From NCBI GenBank assembly GCA_044357355.1, contig JBIKPT010000001.1, positions 1 to 59,212 of the forward strand: DNA of 59,212 bases, read 5' to 3'. Position 1 is the stretch's first letter, and each line of letters opens with the position of its first letter. The translations under genes and the position numbers were made by a program. This DNA comes from Chitinophagales bacterium (GTDB lineage: Bacteria > Bacteroidota > Bacteroidia > Chitinophagales > JADIYW01). The notes under the pieces are model-generated. The model searched no databases and was not told the origin of the DNA. It was given only the letters and a program-made list of their open reading frames with translations. This document shows, piece by piece, positions 43,715 through 53,642 of this stretch.

Positions 43715-44374
43715 ATGATTAATATCCTTATTGCAGATGCACAATATTTAGTCCGTATCGGATTAAAAAGCCTGTTGTCTACAGTAAAGGATTTTAACGT
43801 CATTGGTGAAGCTGCCAACACAAAAGAATTGCTTGATTTAATAAGCACACATCATCCGGATGTCGTTATTTTTGATTATTACAGTGAGCATAATTTTTTG
43901 CCGGAAGATATTCAGGCTGTAAAAAGAATTTCGCCTAAAACCAATTTCTTAATTATTTCTGCTGATTCCTCAAAAACTACCATCTATAAAGTGATAGAAT
44001 TAGGCGCTGTAAGTTTTTTAACTAAAGAATGCGATAAAGAGGAAATTGTAGGAGCCATTTATGCCACTGCAAAAAGTGAGAAATTTTTGTGTCACAAAGT
44101 GATTGATATCATTATTGAGAAACATATGCACACAGATGAAGACAATTGCAAGGCCTTCAATTTATCACTGCGAGAAACAGAAATCATCAAACTGACGGCA
44201 AAAGGCTGGACTGCTAAAACTATAGCCGGACATCTTTTCCTAAGTACACACACTGTATATACACACAAAAAAAACATTATGAAGAAGTTAAAAATTAATT
44301 CTTCTTCAGAAATGATTGTATACGCCATCCAAAACGGCCTTGTAACCAAAGAGGAAATGGCAGCATCTGCTTAA
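43715..44374 (+). CDS. NarL/FixJ-type response regulator (REC + LuxR HTH), with no adjacent kinase
   Basis: ILIADAQ...DVVIFD...LIISAD...FLTK receiver landmarks. C-terminal LSLRETEIIKL...TIAGHLFLSTHTVYTHKKNIMKKL LuxR-type HTH. Confidence 0.8.
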   Translation: MINILIADAQYLVRIGLKSLLSTVKDFNVIGEAANTKELLDLISTHHPDVVIFDYYSEHNFLPEDIQAVKRISPKTNFLIISADSSKTTIYKVIELGAVSFLTKECDKEEIVGAIYATAKSEKFLCHKVIDIIIEKHMHTDEDNCKAFNLSLRETEIIKLTAKGWTAKTIAGHLFLSTHTVYTHKKNIMKKLKINSSSEMIVYAIQNGLVTKEEMAASA

Positions 44375-44376
44375 AG

Positions 44377-44392
44377 TACCTAATTTTAGGTA
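44377..44392. other. Palindrome tacctaa-tt-ttaggta 3 nt after the response-regulator stop
   Basis: 7-bp arms and a 2-nt centre with no T tail. Either a weak terminator or a protein-binding site. Confidence 0.3.
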
Positions 44393-44436
44393 TCAAAATC
44401 ACAATTTTCATGATTGTTTAGACTAGTTCCATATAG

Positions 44437-44444
44437 TATTTTTG
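44437..44444 (+). promoter_or_regulatory. Candidate -7 box for the DUF4856-imelysin-HTTM-receptor locus, bracketed by a 9-bp inverted repeat
   Basis: TATTTTTG with ATTG 20 nt upstream. tttagacta (44417-44425) and tagtctaaa (44461-44469) flank it. Confidence 0.4.
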
Positions 44445-44479
44445 TCTTATTATTTTAAATTAGTCTAAATAAGGATAGA

Positions 44480-45583
44480 ATGAAAAAATTATTAATTGCT
44501 TTTTGCGGTTTAGCTGTATTTCTTGGTGCTTGCGAAAAAGAAGATACAACTATTGCATTGCCGGCTTCTTACAACTTTGAAAATGTAAGTTTCAGTGGTC
44601 AAACAGTGCGCATAAACATGTTAAGTGAGATTGCCGCAGAATTAAGTAAAGGAAAATCACAAACACTTTCTTACACTCGACTAATTAACATGTATTCCAA
44701 TACAGGAAATGAATTTACGGATGCAGCCTTAAATTCTTCAGGAAAACAATTGCGCGACAAAACATTTGCTACCGATATTCCGTTCTTTGAGTCTATGCTT
44801 CAGGCAGCAGAAGATAACAGTACGGCATATAACGTGTCTGTAACCGGAAACGGCACAGCCGGTGTGGCTACTTCAATATTTGATGCTACTAAAAAATATC
44901 TGGTAGATAGCAATGGTGTCGAATATGCACAAATTATACAGAAAGGTTTAATGGGTGCAATTTTCTATTACAGAATAGCAGAAGAATACACCACAAAAGA
45001 TAAATTAGATCCAGCGGATAACATTACAGTAGTGCCTGGCGAAGGCACAGCGATGCAGCATTACTGGGACGAAGGATTTGGCTATTTTGGTGCACCAACC
45101 ATGCTTTCCGTTACCAACTATGATTCTTTAAATACGGCAAAGGCCCTAAAATTCTATGCAACTTATGCGTCTAAAGGAATGCCTGTCGGAACCATAGAAA
45201 ATACCTTAAAAGCTTTTATAAAGGGCAGAGATGCCATCAACAGAAAAGATTATACCACCAGAGATGCAGCAGCTGTTGAAATAAGAAAAAATCTGGAACT
45301 CATCAATGCCTGTGCCTTTATCAGTTATATGAATCAGTCGAAAGCGGCTATTGGCAACTATGCGGTTAAATGTCACACGCTTTCTGAAGGTCTTGGATTT
45401 TTATTGTCTTTAAAATACAACTCTGAACGAAAAATCAGCCAAACGGATTTCAATACTCTTGAAGCGAATTTCTACAGAAACGGTAATTTATCGACCTATC
45501 ATTTAACTGCAACTGAAATCAATACCATGATAGATAAAATCAGTAGTGTTTACGGTTTGGATGCAGTAAAAGCAACCTTATAA
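44480..45583 (+). CDS. DUF4856-like lipoprotein (accessory protein of an imelysin-type locus)
   Basis: Lipobox LGAC. LPASYNFENVSFSGQT N-terminus is typical of DUF4856. Precedes imelysin, HTTM and a TonB-dependent receptor. Confidence 0.6.
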   Translation: MKKLLIAFCGLAVFLGACEKEDTTIALPASYNFENVSFSGQTVRINMLSEIAAELSKGKSQTLSYTRLINMYSNTGNEFTDAALNSSGKQLRDKTFATDIPFFESMLQAAEDNSTAYNVSVTGNGTAGVATSIFDATKKYLVDSNGVEYAQIIQKGLMGAIFYYRIAEEYTTKDKLDPADNITVVPGEGTAMQHYWDEGFGYFGAPTMLSVTNYDSLNTAKALKFYATYASKGMPVGTIENTLKAFIKGRDAINRKDYTTRDAAAVEIRKNLELINACAFISYMNQSKAAIGNYAVKCHTLSEGLGFLLSLKYNSERKISQTDFNTLEANFYRNGNLSTYHLTATEINTMIDKISSVYGLDAVKATL

Positions 45584-45602
45584 TTTATTGACAGATTCAG
45601 AT

Positions 45603-45610
45603 TATCTTTG
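45603..45610 (+). promoter_or_regulatory. Candidate internal -7 box before the imelysin gene
   Basis: TATCTTTG, 24 nt upstream of ATG 45635. Confidence 0.3.
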
Positions 45611-45634
45611 CACCTCTTCAAATAAATCAGTTTT

Positions 45635-46747
45635 ATGAAAAAATTCAGTAACATACTCTTTATTACCGCCATAAGTACTTTCCTTTTTTCCTGCGGAAAA
45701 ACAGAAGACACCGATAATTTTGGCAAGAAAGAAATGTTTACCAACTACGCTGACAACCTGATTTTACCTGCGTATACAACTTATGGAAACAGTATTAGTG
45801 CATTGCAAACAGCATTAAGGAATTTCAACGCATCTGCAGATTTATCTACGCTTTCTGCATTGCAAACCGCTTTCTTAACTACCTATGCGGCATGGCAGAA
45901 TTGTGAAATATATGATAAAACAGCGCCGGCTGATGCCGTTATGGCACTTGAAAACACGAATTATTTTCCTTGCAGAACCGACAGTATCGAAGCCTATATA
46001 AATAGAAACGATAACAGCGCTGCAGCCATAAAAAACAAAGTTAAATCTGATAAAGGACTTGCAGCTATTGAATACTTACTTTTTAGCAGAACACTTACAC
46101 AGCAGCAAATTCTGGATAGATTTACGACTAACTTAAATGCAACTTCTTATAAAACTTACATGAGTGCATTAATAAGCAATGTAGCGGAAGTGCAATCGTC
46201 CATCATTGCTGCTTGGGCAGCCTACAGAGATATTTTCATCAACAGTTTAGGCACCGATGCATCCGGTTCATTTAGCGTGATGGTCAACTCCATTGCGCAA
46301 CGCACCGATGACTTTAAAAGAATGCAGGTAGGAATTCCTGCCGGTTATCTTGGAAATGTGGCAACTGTAAATGTGCTACCTTCGGCTGTGCAAGCATATC
46401 ATTCCAACAACAGCACCAACTACATGCTGCTTACTTTAAACAACATGAAAGATGTATTGAACGGAAAAGGAACCACAGACGGAAAAGGCTTAATTGATTA
46501 TATCCGAACGTTGAATGTAACCAGCACTTTTGGCGGTAATCTGGCAGATGATATTCTTTCGCAAATAGATATTTGCATTACGAAAGTAAACGATTGTGCA
46601 CCGGATTATTCAACAACGGTGGTTTCAAACAAAGCCAAAGCAGATGCGTTGTTTTTAGAAGCAAAAAAATTGCTGGTGCTGATAAAGGTAGATGTGCCAT
46701 CAGCATTAGGTGTTTCTATTACGTATACAGATAGTGATGGTGATTAG
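45635..46747 (+). CDS. Imelysin-family lipoprotein
   Basis: Lipobox LFSC. NYADNLILPAYTTYGNSISALQTAL helical imelysin-like pattern. Locus context. Confidence 0.6.
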   Translation: MKKFSNILFITAISTFLFSCGKTEDTDNFGKKEMFTNYADNLILPAYTTYGNSISALQTALRNFNASADLSTLSALQTAFLTTYAAWQNCEIYDKTAPADAVMALENTNYFPCRTDSIEAYINRNDNSAAAIKNKVKSDKGLAAIEYLLFSRTLTQQQILDRFTTNLNATSYKTYMSALISNVAEVQSSIIAAWAAYRDIFINSLGTDASGSFSVMVNSIAQRTDDFKRMQVGIPAGYLGNVATVNVLPSAVQAYHSNNSTNYMLLTLNNMKDVLNGKGTTDGKGLIDYIRTLNVTSTFGGNLADDILSQIDICITKVNDCAPDYSTTVVSNKAKADALFLEAKKLLVLIKVDVPSALGVSITYTDSDGD

Positions 46748-46805
46748 TAAGACTTGAGATTTTATCTTAGCGTACATTCTACAAAATGTATGCATCTAAA
46801 TCAGA

Positions 46806-46830
46806 TCTTTTGTTTCTTTTGTGGTTTATA
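46806..46830. repeat. Word-doublet spacer element tcttttgt-ttcttttgtggttta
   Basis: Ends 8 nt before the HTTM ATG at 46839. Confidence 0.55.
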
Positions 46831-46838
46831 ATCTTTCC

Positions 46839-48194
46839 ATGCAGAAAATCAAAACATTTCTCTTTCGTTCAGTTTCTATTGCACCTTTAGCATCGTTTAG
46901 AATTTTATTTGGTGCCATGTTACTGTTCAGCACGGTTCGGTTTTGGGTTAAAGGCTGGATAGATACATTATACATACAACCCAAATTTTTCTTTGCTTAT
47001 GAAGGTTTTGAATGTATAAAACCACTTAGCGGAAATGGCATGTACCTTGTTTTTGCGTTTATGATTATTGCTGCAATCGGCATTTTGCTGGGTTTGTTTT
47101 ATAGAGTCGCAATCATTTTATTTTTCCTTTTGTTTACCTATGTTGAGTTATTAGACAAAACTAACTACCTCAACCATTATTACTTTGTCAGTATCATCAG
47201 TTTGATGTTGTGCTTCTTGCCAGCCAATAAATATGCAGCATTAGATGTAAAATTTGGCATCACAAAAAAAGCAACTTTAATTCCGTTTTGGTGCATTGGT
47301 ATTATTCAATTACAAATTGGGCTGGTCTATTTTTTTGCAGGCATTGCCAAAATAAATACCGATTGGCTGCTGCATGCACAACCCTTAAAAATATGGCTGA
47401 AAAGCAGAGATTTTTATCCGGTAATCGGACAATTATTCAATTATGAAATTACACCTTACTTGTTTTCCTGGTTTGGAATGTTGTTCGATATCAGTATTTT
47501 CTTCTTTCTAATCAACAAAAAAACTAGACCATTTGCCTACACCGCTGTTGTGGTTTTTCACTTACTAACCGGTTATTTATTTCAGATTGGTGTATTCCCA
47601 TATGTTATGATAGTGGCTACCTGGATTTTCTTTTCTGCAGCATTTCATCAAAAATTTCTATCAATATTTTATAAAGACGATACTCAAACAACATCTAACT
47701 ATCAACCAAAATTTGCTTCTTTTTTTGTATTGATTTTTCTTCTTCATTTTATAATACAAATCGTTCTGCCGTTTAGATACTTGCTCTATCCGGATAAATT
47801 ATTCTGGACAGAACAAGGTTATCGTTTTTCGTGGCGCGTGATGTTGATGGAAAAAAATGCCTATACGACTTTTGTGGTTAAAGATAAAACCGGAAAAATA
47901 GAAGAAGTACGTAACCGTGATTACCTGACGCCACAACAAGAAAAACAAATGAGCACACAGCCGGATATGATATTGCAGTTTGCTCATTTTTTAGCGAAAG
48001 AGTACAATAAAAACAAAGGATTTACAGCTGCAGAAGTTTATGCAGACAGTTATGCAGCATTAAACGGACATCCAGGTCAACCTTTTATTGACAACACTGT
48101 TGATTTAGCCAAACAACCTGTTAACTTTGCACCGAAAAAATGGATACTGCCTTTTGATACTAAACCACATAGAAACATAGAACATCATGAATAA
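46839..48194 (+). CDS. HTTM-domain integral membrane protein
   Basis: I place the start at ATG 46839 (MQKIKTF). LASFRILFGAMLLFSTVRF opening and a polytopic profile are typical of HTTM proteins. The last ~10 codons overlap a repeat element. Confidence 0.7.
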   Translation: MQKIKTFLFRSVSIAPLASFRILFGAMLLFSTVRFWVKGWIDTLYIQPKFFFAYEGFECIKPLSGNGMYLVFAFMIIAAIGILLGLFYRVAIILFFLLFTYVELLDKTNYLNHYYFVSIISLMLCFLPANKYAALDVKFGITKKATLIPFWCIGIIQLQIGLVYFFAGIAKINTDWLLHAQPLKIWLKSRDFYPVIGQLFNYEITPYLFSWFGMLFDISIFFFLINKKTRPFAYTAVVVFHLLTGYLFQIGVFPYVMIVATWIFFSAAFHQKFLSIFYKDDTQTTSNYQPKFASFFVLIFLLHFIIQIVLPFRYLLYPDKLFWTEQGYRFSWRVMLMEKNAYTTFVVKDKTGKIEEVRNRDYLTPQQEKQMSTQPDMILQFAHFLAKEYNKNKGFTAAEVYADSYAALNGHPGQPFIDNTVDLAKQPVNFAPKKWILPFDTKPHRNIEHHE

Positions 48195-48251
48195 AAGAAA
48201 GAATATAGTAAAAACATAGCATTCATCTTTGATGAATTTCTATTGTGAAAC
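48164..48251. repeat. CATAG-rich inverted-repeat element, copy 2 (shorter)
   Basis: Left arm accacatagaaacatagaa (48164-48182). Hairpin catag-ca-ttcatc-ttt-gatgaa-ttt-ctattg (48215-48245). Degenerate right arm tttctattgtgaaac (48237-48251). The left arm encodes the last residues of the HTTM protein. Confidence 0.55.
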
Positions 48252-48277
48252 TCTTGAAAATTTAATTTTAGCACTGA

Positions 48278-50503
48278 ATGAAGAAACTTTACAAAATACT
48301 ATGTGTCTATGTGGTTAATAAAATCGCAGTTAGATTTATACTATTTGTGTTGAATATTCTTATAGTTTTAAATGCGTTTAGTCAATCTACGGATTCGTTA
48401 GCTAATAGTGGTGATTCCATGCAGAGTACTATAGATGAAGTAACCATACAGGCAGAAAAAATGAAAGAAATCAGGCTGAAAAGTGTGGAAGGAACGGTCA
48501 TTTTTGAAGGCAAGAAAACAGAGATTGTTGATTTAACGAATATCCAAGCAAATGTTGCAACTAATAACGGCAGGCAGATTTTCAGTAGAGTCGCGGGTTT
48601 GAATGTATGGGAAAACGATGCAGCTGGCATGCAGCTCGGCATTGGCGCCCGTGGTTTAAATCCGAACCGTTCTGCAGAGTTCAACATCCGGCAAAATGGC
48701 TATGATATTACAGCAGATGCCATCGGATATCCGGATGCTTATTTTACACCACCAACGGAAGCAATGGACAGAATCGAAATCGTTCGTGGCGCTGCTTCCT
48801 TGCAGTTTGGTACACAGTTTGGCGGTTTGATTAATTTTAAAACACACCAACCGGTTGCCAAAAAATTTCAGCTAACCTCACAAACCACAGCCGGTTCTTT
48901 CGCCACCGTAAGTGCCTACAATGCCATTGAAGGAACGTATAAAAAACTTTCTTATTTTGCCTATTATCAGTATAAATTTACCAAAGGCTGGCGACCAAAC
49001 TCCAGGTTAAATGCACATACAGCATTTGCAAATATATCTTACCAGATAACTACTAAACTAAAACTATCTGCAGAATTCACCCATCAGAATTATGTGATGC
49101 AGCAACCCGGTGGCTTAACGGATAATCAATTTAATCAAAATCCGAAACAGTCAACGAGAGAACGAAACTGGTTTGGTATTAACTGGAATATTCCTTCTTT
49201 AAAACTGGAATACCAGCCAAAAGAAAACATACGCTGGAACACCGTTTTATTCGGATTAATCGGCTCCAGAAATGCACTGGGCTTTTTAAGTTATGCTAAC
49301 AGAAACGACGATTTAAGAGAACGGGATTTAATAAAAGATCAATACAAAAATTTTGGAATGGAATCTCGCGTATTGTATCAATACAAACTGGGCAAACAAA
49401 AATCTTCTCTTAGTGTCGGATTGCGCTATTTTAAAGGCTTCACCAATAAACAACAAGGACTTGGAAATAATGAAGACGATGCAAATTTCAGCTATTTAAA
49501 TCCGGACGATCTGGAAAGTTCAGATTATCAGTTTAACAGTCACAATCTAGCATTCTCTGCAGAAAATATTTTTAAGATTACCTCTAAACTCAGCATCACA
49601 CCAGGCATGCGTGCAGAGTTTTTGTTTACGGATGTGGATGGTTATTATAAAACGGATACTTTCCGTTACAATGATGCCAGAAAACGCAATCGTATTTTCC
49701 CGTTATTTGGCATCGGCATCACCTACAAAGCACATTCTCTGGCAGAAATCTATGCTAATATCTCTCAAAACTACCGTGGAATAAATTTCACCGATTTAAG
49801 AATCACCAATCCGAATGTACGCGTGGATCAAAACCTACAGGACGAAAAAGGATTTAATGGCGACATAGGTATTCGTGGAAAAAACGGAGAAAAATTCAAT
49901 TACGATGTCAACTTTTTTTCTTTGTATTACAATAAAAAAATCGGTTCCATTCAGCAAGTGGATTCAGCATTTAATATTTACCGCTTTAAAACAAACTTAT
50001 CCAATTCCAGAAGTCTGGGTGTTGAATCTTTTGTAGAAGTTGATATCCTGAAATGCATACAGGAAAACAGCGATTTCGGTGTTTCTTTATTTTCCAATTT
50101 CACCTATACCAATGCCGTTTATTTAAAATCTCAGAACAAGCAAATTGAAAATAAAAAAGTAGAATTTGCGCCGCAATTTGTATTCAGAGGCGGTGCCGGT
50201 TTCAAATATAAAACATTTGCTATCAGCTGGCAGATTTCATACATTTCGAAACAATTCACAGATGCCACCAATGCTACGTATGCTTCAACGGCTGTTATAG
50301 GCTCTATTCCTGCCTACTATGTGATGGATGTCACTACTTCATACACGTACAAATGGTTTAAATTCAGCTGCTCGGTGAACAATCTTTCCAATAATAAATA
50401 TTTCACGCCACGAGCAGAAAGCTATCCGGGTCCGGGCATTATTCCAAGCGATGGCATTGGTGTCTTCGGAACCATTGCTTTCAAATGGCATACTAAGAAT
50501 TAG
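48278..50503 (+). CDS. TonB-dependent outer-membrane receptor
   Basis: Plug-domain motifs (IEIVRGAASLQFGTQFGGLINFKT), a long beta-barrel with alternating strands, and an aromatic-rich C-terminal strand. Confidence 0.85.
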   Translation: MKKLYKILCVYVVNKIAVRFILFVLNILIVLNAFSQSTDSLANSGDSMQSTIDEVTIQAEKMKEIRLKSVEGTVIFEGKKTEIVDLTNIQANVATNNGRQIFSRVAGLNVWENDAAGMQLGIGARGLNPNRSAEFNIRQNGYDITADAIGYPDAYFTPPTEAMDRIEIVRGAASLQFGTQFGGLINFKTHQPVAKKFQLTSQTTAGSFATVSAYNAIEGTYKKLSYFAYYQYKFTKGWRPNSRLNAHTAFANISYQITTKLKLSAEFTHQNYVMQQPGGLTDNQFNQNPKQSTRERNWFGINWNIPSLKLEYQPKENIRWNTVLFGLIGSRNALGFLSYANRNDDLRERDLIKDQYKNFGMESRVLYQYKLGKQKSSLSVGLRYFKGFTNKQQGLGNNEDDANFSYLNPDDLESSDYQFNSHNLAFSAENIFKITSKLSITPGMRAEFLFTDVDGYYKTDTFRYNDARKRNRIFPLFGIGITYKAHSLAEIYANISQNYRGINFTDLRITNPNVRVDQNLQDEKGFNGDIGIRGKNGEKFNYDVNFFSLYYNKKIGSIQQVDSAFNIYRFKTNLSNSRSLGVESFVEVDILKCIQENSDFGVSLFSNFTYTNAVYLKSQNKQIENKKVEFAPQFVFRGGAGFKYKTFAISWQISYISKQFTDATNATYASTAVIGSIPAYYVMDVTTSYTYKWFKFSCSVNNLSNNKYFTPRAESYPGPGIIPSDGIGVFGTIAFKWHTKN

Positions 50504-50539
50504 CAATTTTATGTTTATATTTAAACATCCGAACCTAAT

Positions 50540-51673
50540 ATGAAACATACGCTTCCATATATTCTTTTATTTTCTCTGTTTCTTGTTAGCTGCAAAAGAG
50601 ACAACAATAATGAAAACCAACCTTTCTATTATGCATCAGAAGAAGAATTTATCAATAACAATGAAGGTCTTTCGGATTCGGCACTCATAGGTAAACTAAT
50701 CTTCTTTGACAAAAATCTGTCTGAGCCGGCCGGTGTAAGTTGTGCTTCTTGTCATTCACCGATGACTGGCTTTTCCGATCCGCGACACACTTCTTTTTCT
50801 GAAGGCTCTGCCGGCCAGAGAGGAAACAGAAATGCCAACGCTATTGCATATATGGGATTTGCACCCAACAGAAGAGCGGAACTGGTGCGTGGAATCTGGG
50901 AAACGGTAGGTGGGTTTTTCTGGGACGGCAAAGCGGAATTTTTAAACCAGCAGGCTTTGTTTCCGCTGATGAATCCGCATGAAATGAATATTCCGAATTT
51001 TGGAATTGCTTCTACTAAAATCAAACATGCACCGTATTATTCCAAACTGGAAAAATTGTTTGGCCGTGCAGCATTGGCAGATAGTCAGACAATTGTTTTT
51101 TATGCTGTCAGTTGCATACAAGCCTTTGAACAATCTCATCAGGTCAATCAGTTTACCAGCAAATTTGATTTTTACCTGAAAGGCAAAGCAACGTTAACGG
51201 CACAGGAAATGCGCGGAATGCAATTGTTTAATGACACCACAAAAGCAAAGTGCAGTTTGTGCCATATGTCATCGCCAACTTATTACGCAACGACAGATAA
51301 AATTTTATTTACAGACTATTCGTACGATAACATCGGCCTGCCTAAGCATCCTGATTTAGCAGGCACTCCGGTTGACAGCGGACTATCAAAGTTTGAAATG
51401 AACAATCCGTTAGAAGTTGGAAGATTTAAGACGCCAACGTTGCGAAACATAGAGAAAACAGCACCTTACATGCATTCAGGAATTTTTAATACACTGGAAG
51501 AAGTCTTGAAATTTTACAACGAAAGAGATATAAATCCGGAATTTTCACATCCGGAAGTTGCAGAAAATATCAACACTCAGGATATGGGAAATTTAGGATT
51601 AACACAGCAGGAAATTGATGATATTATTGTATTTTTAAAAACATTAACAGACGGATATAAAATAAGTAAATAA
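50540..51673 (+). CDS. Di-haem cytochrome c peroxidase
   Basis: CASCH and CSLCH sites, TPTLRNIEKTAPYMHSGIF. Lipoprotein signal FLVSC. Confidence 0.85.
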   Translation: MKHTLPYILLFSLFLVSCKRDNNNENQPFYYASEEEFINNNEGLSDSALIGKLIFFDKNLSEPAGVSCASCHSPMTGFSDPRHTSFSEGSAGQRGNRNANAIAYMGFAPNRRAELVRGIWETVGGFFWDGKAEFLNQQALFPLMNPHEMNIPNFGIASTKIKHAPYYSKLEKLFGRAALADSQTIVFYAVSCIQAFEQSHQVNQFTSKFDFYLKGKATLTAQEMRGMQLFNDTTKAKCSLCHMSSPTYYATTDKILFTDYSYDNIGLPKHPDLAGTPVDSGLSKFEMNNPLEVGRFKTPTLRNIEKTAPYMHSGIFNTLEEVLKFYNERDINPEFSHPEVAENINTQDMGNLGLTQQEIDDIIVFLKTLTDGYKISK

Positions 51674-51780
51674 AAATCAATAAAATTTGCATGCGTATTC
51701 GCACACTAAACAGAAAAAACATTTACGAATTCCTTCTGAATAATCGGAATACAACATTAAAAACAATAAAAAATAATAAG

Positions 51781-52095
51781 ATGAAAAAATTGATGACCAT
51801 CAGCCTGCTTTCTTTAATCGTATTTGCCTGCTCTAAAAAAACGGCAAGCACTGTAGCAAAAACGGAAGTAAGCGTCAAAACGGAAAGTGCCACTGTAAGC
51901 AATGCACAATACCTCGCGGGAAAGGTAGTATATGAAGCTAAATGCGGCAAATGCCATAAATTACATAGTCCGGACAGGGGCAATATGGAACAGTGGACTA
52001 AATGGATTGGCAGAATGGCACCAAAAGCTAAGCTTACGGAAGAAGAGAAACAACTCGTGACGGATTATGTATCCGTGAATGCGTTGGCTAATTAA
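51781..52095 (+). CDS. Small mono-haem c-type cytochrome-like lipoprotein
   Basis: I place the start at MKKLMTISLLSLIVFAC (lipobox). Single CGKCH haem-binding motif. Confidence 0.55.
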   Translation: MKKLMTISLLSLIVFACSKKTASTVAKTEVSVKTESATVSNAQYLAGKVVYEAKCGKCHKLHSPDRGNMEQWTKWIGRMAPKAKLTEEEKQLVTDYVSVNALAN

Positions 52096-52106
52096 TATTT
52101 TGATAA

Positions 52107-52127
52107 ATCCTGAAACAAGTTCAGGAT
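52107..52127. terminator. Hairpin between the convergent cytochrome c and hddA genes (possible bidirectional terminator)
   Basis: atcctgaa-acaag-ttcaggat (8-bp stem) in a 62-nt convergent spacer. No strong T-run on either side. Confidence 0.45.
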
Positions 52128-52157
52128 GACGCGATGCGAATATTGATTCTAAAAATG

Positions 52158-53180
52158 TTAAACCGTCCAGGTTGTCAATCCTTCTGTAGTTAATGAGTAA
52201 TTCATTACAGTTCCGCCAAGTTCACTCAGTTTTTTTATCAGTTGATATTTGTGAATATAAGGTGCGTAGAAAATCATAAAGCCACCACCACCGGCACCTG
52301 AAATTTTTCCACCGGTGGCACCGCTTTGTAAAGCCGCTTCATAAATGGCATCTATAGATGCGTTGGAAATGCCATCAGCCATTTGTTTTTTATGCATCCA
52401 GCCATCGTGGAGAATTTTACCGATATGGTCAACTTCACCTTTTAAAATAGCTTCTTTCATGAGAATACTTTGCTCTTTAAGCTGATGCATCGCATCTATG
52501 GAAGATGATTTCTTGGCGTTGACATTATCCGTTTGTTCCTGAATGATTTTGGAAGACAAACGCGATGTTTGCGTATAAAACAAAACCAGATTATGTTCCA
52601 GTTCGTGCAAAAATTTGGATTTGATGCGCAGCGGATTGACAATTACTTTATCGTTGGCATAAAATTCCATGTAGTTCACACCGCCAAAAGTGGCTGCATA
52701 CTGATCTTGTTTTCCGCCAGCCATTTTCAAATCTTCACGTTCAATGACATAGGCTAAATGTGCAATATCATATTCACCTAAAGGCAATTTCAGCCATTCT
52801 ACAAAGGCACCTAAGATGGCAACGACTAATGTGGATGATGAGCCTAAGCCTGAACCTGGTGGTGCATCTACATAGGTATTGATTTCAAAGGATAAAGGCT
52901 TTTTGACAAAATCTTTTACGATTCGATTGTACACACCTTTTATCAAATCTAATTTTCCGTCGATAGCTAAATATGCTTCGCTTTTCAGTTCTATGATTTC
53001 ATTTCTGTCGATGGCATTTATAATTATTTTCCCATCTTCACGCGGTTTGATGGATGCATAGGCATATAAACTCAGCGTCGCATTTAAGATAGCGCCGCCA
53101 TAAATATCAGAATACGGAGAAACATCGGTGCCACCACCGGCTAAACCGATACGTAAAGGTGCTTTTGAACGGATAATCAT
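52158..53180 (-). CDS. hddA: GHMP-family D-glycero-alpha-D-manno-heptose-7-phosphate kinase
   Basis: IRSKAPLRIGLAGGGTDVSPYSDIYGGAILNATL N-terminus, PPGSGLGSSS GHMP motif II, C-terminal ISGAGGGGF. Confidence 0.75.
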   Translation of the reverse strand: MIIRSKAPLRIGLAGGGTDVSPYSDIYGGAILNATLSLYAYASIKPREDGKIIINAIDRNEIIELKSEAYLAIDGKLDLIKGVYNRIVKDFVKKPLSFEINTYVDAPPGSGLGSSSTLVVAILGAFVEWLKLPLGEYDIAHLAYVIEREDLKMAGGKQDQYAATFGGVNYMEFYANDKVIVNPLRIKSKFLHELEHNLVLFYTQTSRLSSKIIQEQTDNVNAKKSSSIDAMHQLKEQSILMKEAILKGEVDHIGKILHDGWMHKKQMADGISNASIDAIYEAALQSGATGGKISGAGGGGFMIFYAPYIHKYQLIKKLSELGGTVMNYSLTTEGLTTWTV

Positions 53181-53182
53181 GA

Positions 53183-53198
53183 ACGAATTTACGAATTT
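53183..53198. repeat. Perfect octamer doublet acgaattt-acgaattt
   Basis: Lies 2 nt from the hddA start codon (minus strand: aaattcgt-aaattcgt-tc-ATG). Confidence 0.7.
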
Positions 53199-53221
53199 TT
53201 GTTTCTGAAAAAAATTATAGC

Positions 53222-53632
53222 TTAAGACAATTTAAAGGTTATTGGCAATACGAAATAACAATTTACAGCTTTTCCTCTCAGTAATCCTGGTTCCCATTTA
53301 GGCATAAGACCTATAACACGTAAAGCTTCTTTCTCTAAACTACTATCAACTTTATTTAATATTATTGGTTCTCTAATGGCACCTGTTTTGTCAATATAAA
53401 ATTTAACTATAACTATTCCTTCCAGAGTATTTTCTCTTGCATACTTTGGATATTTAATATTTTGTAGAAGAAATTTCTGTAAACTCTGTGTTCCAACGGG
53501 AAAAGACGGCATTACTTCTACTCTTTCAAAGATTTCAACTTCCTTTATATTTATAGAATCACCTGAAGTATTATTTGCAGAAATCACACCGTAAGAGATT
53601 ATCAATAATATTATTAAAAATACTTTTTTCAT
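53222..53632 (-). CDS. Secreted TonB C-terminal-domain-only protein
   Basis: 136 aa. Signal peptide, then VEVMPSFPVG...GIVIVKFYIDKTG...YFVLPITFKL. No TM/Pro-rich region. Confidence 0.65.
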   Translation of the reverse strand: MKKVFLIILLIISYGVISANNTSGDSINIKEVEIFERVEVMPSFPVGTQSLQKFLLQNIKYPKYARENTLEGIVIVKFYIDKTGAIREPIILNKVDSSLEKEALRVIGLMPKWEPGLLRGKAVNCYFVLPITFKLS

Positions 53633-53642
53633 AATTCTAAAT

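Noticed and set aside
43715-44374. Response regulator as a degenerate pseudo-receiver.
   Set aside because: Only the second acidic residue of the N-terminal pair is replaced (LIADAQ). The phospho-acceptor Asp (VIFD), the Ser (IISAD) and the Lys (FLTK) landmarks are present. The evidence is insufficient to call it phosphorylation-independent.
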